DNA of 64,000 nt, from positions 186,001 to 250,000 of the forward strand of contig RDEW01000017.1 of NCBI GenBank assembly GCA_011109175.1. The letters are read 5' to 3'. The notes beneath the pieces were generated by a model. It had not been told where the DNA came from, ran no database searches, and saw nothing but the letters and a program-made list of their open reading frames with translations. The translations under genes and the position numbers were made by a program. Every line of letters starts with the position of its first letter. Position 1 is the stretch's first letter. The DNA comes from Dicyema japonicum (Eukaryota; Animalia; Dicyemida). Shown in pieces: positions 24,315-35,258 of this stretch.

Positions 24315-25490
24315 TATGTTAAGTTAGGGGCTACAAATTTCAAATCAAGAGCATATTATATTTGTAAAGAGAGATACTAGTCCGAGTTGGAAGGGACAGC
24401 AAAAACATGTGAATTCAACGGTACGTGGGTTGGGGAAGACGCCAGTTGTCGAATAAGTCACGAGTGATTATTGTTAGGACGGACTTGCGATCCCCCGAAG
24501 CCCATAATAGTACACACTCACAACACAAAATCGACATATTATGCATTCGACAGTTACATTTTCTTGTAAGGGTGGATACGTGAGGAAATCAGGGGATTAC
24601 ATCCACCAGTGTAGTACTTTGGGGTGGTGGGCTGGAAGACAGCTAATATGCAAGACTACGGCCTGGTTTTTCAAATAGAGAGGAAATGTGATCCTCTACC
24701 TTTCATCTCCAACGTTTACTTAAAAATGAAAATGCATGGTAGATATGAGTACAAATGTCTCCCAAAAAATATTCACGTAGGGGGAGATCTTGTCAGAGTA
24801 TGTCTGGGGGACCTTACTTGGTCGGGAACAGAACCAATCTGTGAAAGTACTGGACGTTGCATCATTATTAAAAGGACAAAGTGTAATAGACCTCACAAAG
24901 GGAATAATTCCATTCAAATTGGGAGTTCCTATTTCTACCAATCGGACATTCACTTTATGTGTAAGAGTGGCTACAAATTCGTGAAGGGAGACTACAAAAT
25001 TACTTGCGGTCTTAATTTGAAGTAGAATGGAAGTCCTCTTTATTGTAAAAGTAGTCATTTTCCCGATTCGTAGAAATTAAGTGTCCCGAGCCTCTCTCGA
25101 AAAACTCAACAATTATCCTGAACATGACTGGGAACAAACTCAGCGATGTCATAATATCAATCTGCGAACGGGGTTATAAAAGGGTTTCAGGTAGTGGTAC
25201 ACGATGGTGTACGGCAGCTGAAGAGTGGACTGGGAGTCCTCTCACTGCAAAAGTTTGCGAGTTTGTATCTTAGAAGTCGTGAAATCTGAAACTAAAACTG
25301 TCGAAGCGAAACAGTCAAATAAAATTGGAATGATTTTTTTGCTTTTGATGGCAATATTCCTGCTTGTTTTGCTGCTTTCTGACATTCCAGTCATTTTCCA
25401 ACAAATTAAAAATAAATTTAGTTAACGCTTGGTTTTTAATGGTTAATTTAAATTATTTCATAATTCTGCTCATTTCATTATTCGGTTCTA

Positions 25491-25685
25491 GCGTGCCGTG
25501 ATGTGGTTCACCAATTCTGTAAGTATGGTAACGCCCGGAGGGTACCTAATGTTCCTCCGAAGACAACCATTAAACATTTACCTCGAAGGAATACTCTGGA
25601 CTTTTGACGCTTTCCTAAAAAAACCATCTAAGTTCCTTCAATTTTCCCGGACGGGATTGCAATCCAGGCATTAGTGCATCTGATG
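25491..25685 (+). mobile_element. Internally deleted derivative of a Vingi-like LINE (5' pseudoknot variant plus RT scrap)
   Basis: GCGT..GATGT GGTTC ACCA...TGGT AACGC..CGGAGG...CCTCCG..AACC, then PDGIAIQALVHL resembling GPDGIPLILLKHL. Confidence 0.55.
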
Positions 25686-25989
25686 CAAGGGCGTGCTTAG
25701 AGAGGCCATAGGAACAGCCGCCCGGGCAGCAGATCCAAGCCTTAGAGTTCACGTTATTAAGTTATACTCAATTTTTTCTCGATGTTTTTCATCATAGACA
25801 CGATCGACTGCTAGCGATCACTGACTGCTTTACATTTAGCCAGAAGGCCTGTACAGTCCGACCTCGAAATGAGGTAAAAATTCCCCAATTTTGAGGTTTT
25901 CTCCAAAAATGAAGGTCTCCTTAAAAAAGCTTAATATAAATGCGGAAAAATCACTGTTATAATAAAAAATTACTCCCACTTTATTTAAC

Positions 25990-26870
25990 CAACAATAAAA
26001 AAGTTAATATTTAATAATCAACAACCTTCCTCGCCTGCCTGTTCGCCAGCCTCTTCAGGCAGGTTCGATTCTGGTTGCTGAAACAACTCCGAAACCACCT
26101 TGTCCAATTGAACCCTCTGCCCATATAGCATCTCCGGGCTCTGCCTCCTATACTTTAGTGTCAGGCTTTTTAGGGTCCGCTTTAATACAATGGACTGTAG
26201 ATAGGCCTGGAGCTTCCTATCTACACCCCAATTGCTTCAGATAACCCTTGTGGTACTTTGTTGCAATTCCTTCCCACGTCATTACTATCGGAATAACGAG
26301 ACCTTGCGACCAAGCATCTGCCTCATCTCGTTTGCAAGCAAATCATACTTCCTTTTTTTCTCCACCTCTACAGTATGCAAACGGTCTTGAGACGTAATGC
26401 CAACCTCTATGATAAGGACTTGGCCAGACTCCTTATCGTGTACCACAATGTCCGGTTTATTGTGCTTGACTAGCACCGAGGTACGGATAACACTGTCTAC
26501 CTTAATTTGGACCCTGATCTTCTCTACTACAGATTGCACCTTATGAGTCCGCAACTTTCTGGTGTGGCGAATACCATACGTATTGCATAGTAAGAAGATG
26601 AAGACTCCTTACTACCTCTTTATGCCTCCACACATAGTCGTGGCAGAGCATGGATCCGCACCGAGTGGCTAAATGATCAACCGACATGGTCCTTGACTTA
26701 CAATGGGGACATGTATTTGTTGATTGACCAAAAAAGATATTGCGGTCTTGTATATATGTAGGTGTATAGCGCCTCCGATCGAAGTGAGTTGTCACCGTAT
26801 TTTAGCCATATTGTCGACGACTTAAGGTAGACATGTTGGTTGTCCAATACTCTGAAGAGGACCCTTGTTT
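25990..26870 (-). mobile_element. NeSL/R4-like non-LTR element 3' part (CCHC plus REL endonuclease)
   Basis: CPHC...DHLATRC...YVWRH; HNKPDIVV...IIEVGIT...EKKRKYDLL. Confidence 0.85.
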
Positions 26871-27546
26871 TTGAATCTATTGCAAACACTATTTGCACTA
26901 CATTGTATTTGTTTCTGCAGGAACCCCCATAAGAGACGTTGCTTTCATTATAGACAGAAGCGTGCATGCACAACACCACGAGAAATAGTGAACAAACATC
27001 ATTAGCAATAATGGAAGAAAGAGGATCCAGATCAGTCTGAAGATTCCCAATGAGAGAATTTACTGCAAAACTTTTCTCATGACGTCATTCAGTCCCAGAG
27101 ACGACTTTACTGCTATCAATGCACAATCCAGATTGTTTCCGCAGGATGCCCATACAGACTGTAAAAATTCTTCCGGGTAATGAATGCAACTATGACCATC
27201 CTTGACCCAATAAAAGAAATATAATTTGTTTGACAACCAGGAAATCGTTTGATGCAGAAACTATTGATTTATCGAACCATTTAATTGTCTTTTACTAACA
27301 TACAATTATTAGCAATTAAGGAAAATGGATCAGAGAAATCAAGATAGATATATGAGGGATATTCTACTCTCGAACCAAGCCGTAGAATGTACTCTGGAGG
27401 TAACGTTATATTCTGATTGTTATTCTTGGAAATTTTATTTTCCCTAACACGCAATAAAAATTCAGAATGTGAGAGGCATCCGAAATCCGCATATTTATTG
27501 TCAACCCAAATTTCCTCATGTGTCTCTATAATATGATTTTTAATGC

Positions 27547-27913
27547 AAATTGATTTTAACGGGTCTTAAGGTAAGTTGAACATTTTACCATAATCCTCGA
27601 AATCTTTACGTATAAAAGTCATCTTTTTTAAATCTTATAGAAATTGATTGTAACAGTCAATTTAGTAGAATATGTATTTTATTAACAATTATAATTATTT
27701 TCCTTTTCTTCTGTGTAAAATAAATCTTTCATTCTAAAGTTATATAAAAATAAAAATATTTTACCTAAAGATGTCGAGGACCTTGTATATGTTCCATTAC
27801 CTTCTAAATCAATTTTTATAAGAGTTTAAAAAAGATGACTTTTTATACCTAAAGATGTCGAGGACCTTGGTATAATGTTCAACTACACCCATAGGACCCG
27901 TTAAAATCAATTT
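27547..27913. mobile_element. MITE/foldback element with ~100-bp imperfect inverted arms
   Basis: AAATTGATTTTAACGGGTC...TATAAAAGTCATCTTTTT is mirrored by AAAAAGATGACTTTTTATA...GACCCGTTAAAATCAATTT. Confidence 0.7.
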
Positions 27914-27916
27914 TTA

Positions 27917-28007
27917 GGACAGAGCCCTGCGGAACCTCTCTATTGAAACATATCTTCCGATGCGCACTTGAGAAGTCCGTCGGTTAGGAAGTTCCTTTGC
28001 GAACAAA
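27917..28007 (-). mobile_element. Older LINE RT fragment, downstream half of the insertion target
   Basis: NFLTD-TSQVRIGRYVS...VPQGSVL continues the RT piece at 30911-31170. Confidence 0.65.
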
Positions 28008-28072
28008 TTATTATTTATTATTATTATTATTATTTAAGCCAAAGAAACACCGTCTTAACCAATAACTAATAT

Positions 28073-30880
28073 TCAGGTGATCCCGGCATCTCTCAATAAT
28101 CGGGCCATTTTTTCTCGATGCTCCGACTGTGATCCCACGCATTTTCTATACGGACGGGGGTCTTTTTCCTTTTCTCTTCTGAAATTGCCTCCAGTTGCCT
28201 CTATGATAGACTCGAGTGCTCTGGGGGCAATTTCTTTATCTGTATATTTTTCTAGTAACTTTTTTGCTCTTGACTGGATATCTTGAATTTTTGTTAGGTT
28301 CGTTGCCGACAGGTTAGATCCCCATGCAGCACATGCATAGCCTATTGTTGGCTCGACATACTGTTTGTAGAGGGTCCCGATACCTGGCGGATAAATTCCT
28401 CCACAGTTCCAAAGGAAGGCCTTTACAAAATTGATCTTCTTTGCACAGGTTGATATGATAGATTCCACATGGGCTGAGAAGCAGAGGAAAGTATCAAAAG
28501 TTACTCCCAGTATCTTCTGCGTTTTCTTTTGTGGTATAGGTACTCCATTTAACGTGACATCAATTGTTTGCGTTCCCATCTTTCTATTCTTAGTAAATAG
28601 AGTGACTGCTGACTTTTCGGAACATGCATTTAATCGATTCTCGCACAACCATCCAAATATGTTATTTAGTATTCCTTGTAGTCTTTCCTTAGCATGTTCG
28701 ACGTTTACGTCTCTAGATGCGACAACTATGTCATCGGCATAGGAAAGTAGTATGTCATTATTATTCATAGGTACGGGGAGATCACTCAAAAACAAATTAA
28801 AAAGGATTGGTGACAGAGGAGATCCTTGGGGTACACCATTGGGTAATAATCCCGATCTGGAACTCTTGTTTCCGACGGATACTTTCCCTCGGCGTCCACT
28901 TACGAAATTTGCTAACCATAACTTTAATGGTGCATCAATTTTTGTCAAAAATATTTTTCGTATGAGGATCTTCCTTGGGACAGAGTCGAAAGCTTTTTGA
29001 ATATCGATCGTACATATGACCGATTTTTCCTGTTTTGGCTTGTTCTTGTGTCCTTCAGTTATGAACTTCATTAATGTTGTTAGGAAGGAGGTTGTTGATA
29101 ATCCTTCCTTGAAGCCATGTTGGAATGTAGGTTGTGGGAGAAAAGGGCGAATAACTTTTAGGACCAGTTTCTCCAGGATCCTCGACAAAACACATATAAG
29201 GGAAACTGGTCTGTAAGAGCCGGGATCGTTCTTCGGTCTTCCCGGCTTCAATATTGGTCGAATTTTTGATAGTTTCCACAAAGTCGGTATGGTATTTCTG
29301 TTCAGCGATGTGTTGTAGATGTTTGTTAATGCATTTATTGATGCTGGGCCCAAGTGTTTCAGCAGAATAAGAGGAATTCCGTCTGGGCCACATGAGTTTG
29401 TTTTTTTCTGATTTGATATTGCTTTGGATACATCTTTAGGGAGAAAATAAATCAGCGGGGCAAATTTGGATGGCTTTCTCTTTATTTTCGTTTGTGTGTT
29501 AATCTTTTTATAAGGAATGTGACTGATTCGAATACAATGTTTCATATATTTATTCAGATTGAGCTGGCATTGTTCTTTGTTATCTTCGTATTCTGGGTTC
29601 TTCAGACGCCTCAACATCTTCCACATGTTGGAAATTGAGGTCTGGTTATTCATGGCAGCAGAGATTCGCATGAGTTTCTTCCTTTGGGTGTTGTTTGTGC
29701 TTTTCGTGATAAGAATGTTTAGTGACCTGATTCGATTAATAACCTCTCGTGAACGATGTATCATTTTCTTAAGGTTGTTTCTTTCCATAATTATTTTCCT
29801 TGTTTTTGAGTCGTATTTCAATTTTTCGTTTTTTATATATGCTTTTCTGATAAAAATATTTCTTCCGTCAATGATTATTTTGTTGAAATAGTATATAGCT
29901 TTGTCTATGGAGGAGAAATTTTCAGATTGGAAATGTTGCAGTTTTGAATCAACGAAATTTGTAAAGCCAGTCCAATTTGCATTTTTGTAATCATAGAAAT
30001 GAATAGGCTTCGGTACAAAGCGTGGCTCGCAGTTCAGCTTCATTAACATTGAATGGTGGTCGCTCCGGAGGTCATAACGGACCGTCCAATTAATGATCGT
30101 GGAAAGACGAGGTGAGCAGACGGATAAGTCCGGAGATGTCACCATGTCCTTCGTGTTGTATGGTGTCCTAGTGTTCTTTATCGGGTTGTTGATGATTATT
30201 AAGTTTTGCATTTGGGATAATAGCAGGTTTCCTCTGTTATCAGCGGATTGGTAGCGGAACCAAGAAGGGTGCTTCGCATTAAGGTCTCCACATAAAAGCA
30301 AGTTCTCCAGTTTGTCCAAGGTAGATAGGTCAAAGGAGAAATTTTTCTTGCAGGAGCCAGGAGGAGGAACATAAACATTCGCAATTTCAATTTTTCCAAT
30401 GGAAGTTATAACAGAGATTCCAATTATCTCCGTGTTCGAGTCTTCCATTAAGCTCTTGTAAAGAGAAGGGTTCTCGAGGTATTTTATTCCTTTTCTCACA
30501 AGAGTCAGTAGACCCCCTCCTTGACCAGATGGGCGGTCGGATCTTACTGTGTTGTATCCGTTAAAGAGAGGAGTAGGAATGTTATTTGAAAGTTTCGTTT
30601 CCTGGAGAAGGCAGATGTCCACTCTGTTCCTCTCCAAGAATAAGGAAAGTTCGGCAATTTTTCCTCTGATCCCGTTTATGTTTAAGCTTTGGATTGTTAA
30701 CTTCTTTGGGCCTGGGTTTTGTTCCACGTCTCCTGAGGTCAACAGTCTCAATCGATAGAATGTTCCAACAGTGAGAGAATGCCGTCCAGTGGGAAGTCCT
30801 CTGGTTGGTAGAGAGCAAATGGTTCTTTTTAGATATAGTTTATGACTATATCCGACGCCACCAGAAACGGTGAACCACAT
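28073..30880 (-). CDS. LINE polyprotein: 57-aa leader, 2A, AP endonuclease, reverse transcriptase
   Basis: SLNINGI, CLLQET, GDLNAKH, SDH; YRPVSL, QHGF, DIQKAFDSV, GVPQGS, YADD; first ATG inside the element at 30880. Confidence 0.88.
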   Translation of the reverse strand: MWFTVSGGVGYSHKLYLKRTICSLPTRGLPTGRHSLTVGTFYRLRLLTSGDVEQNPGPKKLTIQSLNINGIRGKIAELSLFLERNRVDICLLQETKLSNNIPTPLFNGYNTVRSDRPSGQGGGLLTLVRKGIKYLENPSLYKSLMEDSNTEIIGISVITSIGKIEIANVYVPPPGSCKKNFSFDLSTLDKLENLLLCGDLNAKHPSWFRYQSADNRGNLLLSQMQNLIIINNPIKNTRTPYNTKDMVTSPDLSVCSPRLSTIINWTVRYDLRSDHHSMLMKLNCEPRFVPKPIHFYDYKNANWTGFTNFVDSKLQHFQSENFSSIDKAIYYFNKIIIDGRNIFIRKAYIKNEKLKYDSKTRKIIMERNNLKKMIHRSREVINRIRSLNILITKSTNNTQRKKLMRISAAMNNQTSISNMWKMLRRLKNPEYEDNKEQCQLNLNKYMKHCIRISHIPYKKINTQTKIKRKPSKFAPLIYFLPKDVSKAISNQKKTNSCGPDGIPLILLKHLGPASINALTNIYNTSLNRNTIPTLWKLSKIRPILKPGRPKNDPGSYRPVSLICVLSRILEKLVLKVIRPFLPQPTFQHGFKEGLSTTSFLTTLMKFITEGHKNKPKQEKSVICTIDIQKAFDSVPRKILIRKIFLTKIDAPLKLWLANFVSGRRGKVSVGNKSSRSGLLPNGVPQGSPLSPILFNLFLSDLPVPMNNNDILLSYADDIVVASRDVNVEHAKERLQGILNNIFGWLCENRLNACSEKSAVTLFTKNRKMGTQTIDVTLNGVPIPQKKTQKILGVTFDTFLCFSAHVESIISTCAKKINFVKAFLWNCGGIYPPGIGTLYKQYVEPTIGYACAAWGSNLSATNLTKIQDIQSRAKKLLEKYTDKEIAPRALESIIEATGGNFRREKEKDPRPYRKCVGSQSEHREKMARLLRDAGIT
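30707..30745 (-). other. 2A (StopGo) ribosome-skipping peptide LLTSGDVEQNPG|P
   Basis: Exact D(V/I)ExNPGP motif immediately before the APE domain. Confidence 0.9.
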
Positions 30881-30887
30881 GACGCAC
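30821..30887 (-). ncRNA. Candidate HDV-like self-cleaving ribozyme at the LINE 5' end
   Basis: GCGTC-ATGT-GGTTC-ACC-GTTTCT-GGT-GGCGT-CGG-ATATAG-TCATAAA-CTATAT-CTAAAAA-GAACC gives P1/P2/P3/P1.1/P4 order with C in J4/2. Confidence 0.6.
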
Positions 30888-30910
30888 GCTAAAATTTGAA
30901 TAATTGATGG

Positions 30911-31170
30911 TTTTGTTGGAATATCTGCAGCCACAACTCTTGATAGGAGGGCTTCGTGGCCACACACTATCGAAGGCCTTGGATAAATCCAGGCACACCG
31001 TTTCAGTTGTCTCTTGAATGTTGTTCCTTTTAGTACGTCCACATACATTTGGTGAATGCGGTCGGTATAAAACTTTCCAGGTCTGAAGCCAAATTGTTCT
31101 GCGAAGAGGAAATCGCTCTCTTCTATATGCCGACACAGCCTCTTGACAGACCTGAAGACTATAGTTTATT
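30911..31170 (-). mobile_element. Older LINE RT fragment, upstream half of the insertion target
   Basis: KRLCRHIEESDFLFAEQFGFRPGK...TVCLDLSKAFDSV-HEALLSRV across shifted frames. Confidence 0.75.
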
Positions 31171-31231
31171 ATGTCACATGGGCAGCCCGTTACATTTTTG
31201 ACCTTGAAAAGTTTCTTTGATTATCCGACAT

Positions 31232-32160
31232 TTAATTTATTTATTTAAAACCAAGAATCACCGACAAAATAAAAGAGAGGGGGCTGTCAGGTGATCTCGG
31301 CTTCCTCAAGCAGCTGCCTCATCCTTTCTCGGTTGCTCCTCCCGAGTGCGGACACACTTCCTGTATGACGAATCACTTTTCAAAAGTTTAGAGGTTTCGG
31401 CTGGGTTCCCGTTCTCATCACGAGTTCCTCGAACTGGGTTGGCTTTAGTGTCGAAGAGAAGGATCTTTGTAGGGTCCTCGTTACTATCTCTGGAAGGAGT
31501 TTATTTTCTTTAGATTTGTATAGGATAGGTTAGAACCCCATACCGCGCAGCAGTAGCCGATCGATGGTAGTATATATTGGGAGTAAATATGATTTACTGT
31601 TGGGTGGTAGTATATATTGGGAGTAGAGATGATTTACTCTTGTAGTATCCAAGTAGCGTTTTTACAAAGTTTAGTTTTCGAGGTTTGCGTTAAAGGCCTT
31701 CCTTGATTAATTTTGTCAAGCAAGTAAGGTGGGTAGTTGATGAACGAGCCTTCTTAAAGCCATGTTGGAAGGATACGTCTAGGATGTAAGGTTTAATCTG
31801 ATCGAGAATGATTTTTTCAAGGTTTTTGGAGGTAACACACAGGAGGGATATCGGTCTGTACGAAGCTGGTGAGTTCTTCGGCCGTCCAGGTTTTAAGATG
31901 GGCCGAATATGGGATAATTTCCATAGAGTAGGAATCGATGGAGAGGTTGTAAATTCTGGTCAAGGCCAAGATGGTGTAGGGGCCTATCTTCTTAAGTACA
32001 ATAGAGGGAATTCCATCTGGACCACTTGCGTAAGACGATTTCTGGTTTTGAATAGCCTTCCGTACGGCGTCCATTGAAAGAGCTATTCGAGGTTGCCTCG
32101 CGTTTGGTTTTATTGAAGATGTGGGAGGACCCTCAATTTTCTAGTGTGGGATGAAGCTCA
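31232..32160 (-). mobile_element. Truncated, internally deleted Vingi-like LINE copy
   Basis: GPDGIPSIVLKKIG, FQHGFK; C-terminus RPYRKCV-like...LLEEAEIT*; same 3' tail; ~40-bp tandem duplication near 31566-31640. Confidence 0.8.
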
Positions 32161-32544
32161 CGGAGGAGTAAACTTTTATAATATTGTTTAAAATTATTAA
32201 TTATTTATTGATTAAAATATTAAAATCAATTTTTTTACATTTAAAAAAGTTACAATTGAAAATGTTCTTGGGGTGAAGAGTTTATGAAAAAAGATTTAGG
32301 GGTGCGAGCTCTCAATAGGTTCGGAACCCATGGTCTAATGATTCCTTCTTCGATTACTAAGAGGCATCATGGGACTCACCAGGCTCAGAAAACGATCACA
32401 TCCAAAAATGATCCTTCTCTTCCTTACTCCAGAAAAAATTCTTACAATGGTGGATATAGATCGATGCGATTTTTGGAAAGGACGCACCCCACTTCACCGA
32501 GGGAATTAAATACCTCTTTCAGGTATATCCCGGGTTATTTAAAA

Positions 32545-32692
32545 AATTAAAGCGGGGGGAAGGCAAATGAACTTTTTTAATTTTGTCCTGGCACTGACGC
32601 CAGTGAAACAGGTGGATCACGGGACACCACTAACGAAGGAAAAAAGAGAAGGAACTTAACAAAGGAGGAGGCTGGGAAAATCGTATCCATGG
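32545..32692 (-). mobile_element. SINE family A copy
   Basis: Reverse complement GTGATCCACCTG...GGCGTCAGTGCCAGG...CATTTGCC. Confidence 0.65.
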
Positions 32693-32980
32693 GTCATTAT
32701 TTTCTGGTATTCTAGATTTTTATATTTTTTCCTTTAAGGAAAACGGTTCTTATCCAAGCTTCTCCATTTTGGGCAGACGAGATCGAGCCCAGACAGTGGT
32801 GCATTTCTGAATCCTAATTCTGATTAGTTTGTTTGTTCAAACTCATCATGATGTCAGGAGTTCTTAATCTTTAAACAATCTAAGCACTTGGATATTGCCC
32901 GGTTTGGAAATTCATATACCAGAACTCATATTCATAATTCGTTTCCTTCTGCTCTGTCACTTTCTTCGTTCAATCAGCAT

Positions 32981-33110
32981 GACGCTGCTGTACATTCTGG
33001 CTGAAGGTTCCACGCATCTACGATGCTTTGACTTGATGAATGACACCGTCATCAGTGGACATCTCACTGCAGAACCGGATCGTCTAAAAAAAGGACTCAC
33101 ACCCAAGAAT
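32981..33110 (+). mobile_element. SINE family B copy
   Basis: GAAGGTTCCACGCATCTACGATGC...CCGTCATCAGTGG...CACTG...AAAGGAC. Confidence 0.75.
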
Positions 33111-33779
33111 TGAAAAGCATCCCTTGGTTCTCCCTTAGTTATGATAACCGCCTGGGAGGAGCTATAGATAATATGGCTCTTCGTATAGTGCAGTATTAAC
33201 CGTGGGAACAGGACACACTTGATTAGCTGTCAATTTCTTTCCCGTTATATACAGGTTAATTAAATTACACTAAATCAATCACGAGTCAGTCATAGTGAAA
33301 GAAAAATCAAGGGATGTGATGATCAGGCCTTGGAGATCGTTTCCGTTTTACCGCAATCACCTTCAAAATCTCTAGAGCGGTTGGAAGAATTAATAAGAGA
33401 GTCGTCAACAAAATCGGGAATGTGATTGCTGAGCGACTCAGAGACCCCCGCAAACGGAGATGGTTCCCGCAATGTCTCTGAATCGCCATAGTCCATGGTA
33501 ATACCCACTGTCTCCTGACAGCTGGAACCAGGAAATTATTGGGGAAACCTTTGAATTTGAAAATAGTGTATGAGAGAAGTAATACGACAAATATTACAGT
33601 AGTTACCCCCATAAGAGGATAAAATTTTCAACAATCAGAATAAATAACCACAATAGATACTTAATTTTGGAGGGAAATCCGGTCAAATAATCAGCATTGT
33701 TTGAAAGTCCTCTGAGTGTGCTAAGATTAGGTTACGGGATTGTTTGAAGAAATCATAGGACGAGAGTTCGATCGATGAC

Positions 33780-34400
33780 TCTAGATATTTCCATAGCAAG
33801 AGGAAAAAACATTACCGGGAAGGTCAGCGTTCTCGGTCTTCCCAGGGTTGAAGAGGCATTGGTAGCAGTCTGAGAAAGTTGTTTGAGGCGAAGGTGTCTA
33901 TAAATGTGACGATGGTCTTAACATCCCGACGTGCTCGAGTATTGAAAGGAAACCATCCGCCTCCAAAACTCATCGAACGACTTCGTTAAAAACCTTGTGC
34001 CTGGGAGCCCTGCCATCGTTCCTCATGCAAGTGAGTAGATTAGTCCAAAACCGTCAATATGACCCCTCTAATGGGCACACAGATTTCTAGTCCTTGTTAT
34101 ATTGAGACCCCTACTCGAAACGAGTCGACATCAAGAAAAGTCCGGGAAACCTCACATGGAGTAGTGTTGAGCCAAACTTCATTAACAGAAAAGGCTCCAG
34201 ACAAACACGGCGGTGTTGGCTCGTAGGACTCAAACAATTTTCGAAAGTTCTTAGCCTAAACGTCATCAAATTCCGCTGTAATTCCAATAATAAAAAGAAA
34301 AAATTAGTCAGCTTCCCTACCGTGAGATCAGAGACCACAAGAGGCGAAAAATGTAGGAGGAACATAGAGGACCGAATCCCAAGCCCACCAAATTTAACAA
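33780..34400 (-). mobile_element. Degraded CRE-like fragment
   Basis: KFGGLGIRSS, GRAPRHKVFNEVV remnants. Confidence 0.6.
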
Positions 34401-34506
34401 AAATAGTTAAGGCATCTACAACGGAGCAATTAATAGGTTAACAAGAAAACGTGAGCAATCAATAATAAGATTTGTCAAATACCAAAGAAAAACAAAAACA
34501 AAGTAA

Positions 34507-35258
34507 CTAGTAGATTTTAAAGGAAGGTCCCATAGTAGATTTGATGTAAAGAGCCCCAATGTTCTGCCAGTGCTTCTTTGTAAGAGAAACCAAGAAATTT
34601 GTGGACATCACAATATTCTCGATTATCTCCTTATCAGACATGCCCACGTTGGCCACGGCAATATTCAGACTTTGACCTGTTGCCATGAAAACACAAGGAA
34701 CCTTCTTCAGCTGGAACTTAATCGAGGCTCGTAGATCCTCCGCACGTGTGGCAACAGATTCATTTGGGTTAATGGGCAAGACCAGTTTCCCAGAACGGGA
34801 AGCGGTGGCACCAAAAAAACGGGTGACGAACTTCATAAGATCGAGACTGACAAGGAACCCACCGTACTTCTTGACTGAGAATATTCAACATGGGCATACC
34901 AAATCTTTTTCTGACCCTGGGCTGTGGGGAGAAGGTCTTCATTTGACCCATACTCATGCCAAAAATACCAATCGCCTCGGACTGCTCGAGGTGCTCCTGT
35001 TCCCCAATAACACAGAGCTTCAAATTAGGACGAGCCACGGACTTTAATCTAGAGGAGAGATAATGAATACGACTACCTAAGGACACCAGAAAAACGCTTG
35101 TCGTTCGCTGAATATCCCTTCAATGAAATTTGTAGTTCAATAGTTTCCAGGAAGTTACGTTTCTTCTCCTGTGAGAATTCCAAAAGCTTTGTGACTTTAT
35201 TCTTCAAATTATTCTGGTCGATTTTGCTAAGAACATAAAACGTTAACAATAACCTCAT
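34507..35258 (-). CDS. RPL10A: 60S ribosomal protein L10a (uL1), divergent, 4 micro-introns
   Basis: KRNFLETIELQISLK, DKRFSG, IKFQLKK, NFLVSLTKKHWQNIGALYIKSTMGP. Confidence 0.95.

Larger units (their letters stand above)
22800..25425 (+). pseudogene. Multi-CCP (sushi) type I membrane protein, disrupted
   Basis: Signal-like MEILLLIILT; repeated C-x-x-P...C..GY...C...W....P.C modules separated by micro-introns; C-terminal TM; in-frame TGA 23275 and TAG 25023; pogo insertion in an exon. Confidence 0.75.
28008..30910 (-). mobile_element. Full-length Vingi/Ingi-like LINE (APE plus RT, no RNase H, (TAA)n tail)
   Basis: Single intact ORF, 5' pseudoknot, 2A motif, short 3' UTR with TAA/TAAA tail; interrupts an older RT. 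Confidence 0.9.

Noticed and set aside
23275-25025. In-frame TGA and TAG in the sushi gene as stop-codon reassignment or readthrough
   Set aside because: They replace different residues (Gly-like and Trp), the gene also has a transposon in an exon, and intact genes here end normally in TGA, TAG and TAA.
30881-31048. N-terminal extension of the 991-aa ORF as a novel domain
   Set aside because: It is mostly frameshifted RT sequence of the older target LINE.
31140-31200. Second ribozyme-like fold around CCCATGTGAC
   Set aside because: Pairings are mostly G-U, and the region overlaps or abuts RT coding remnant of the older LINE.
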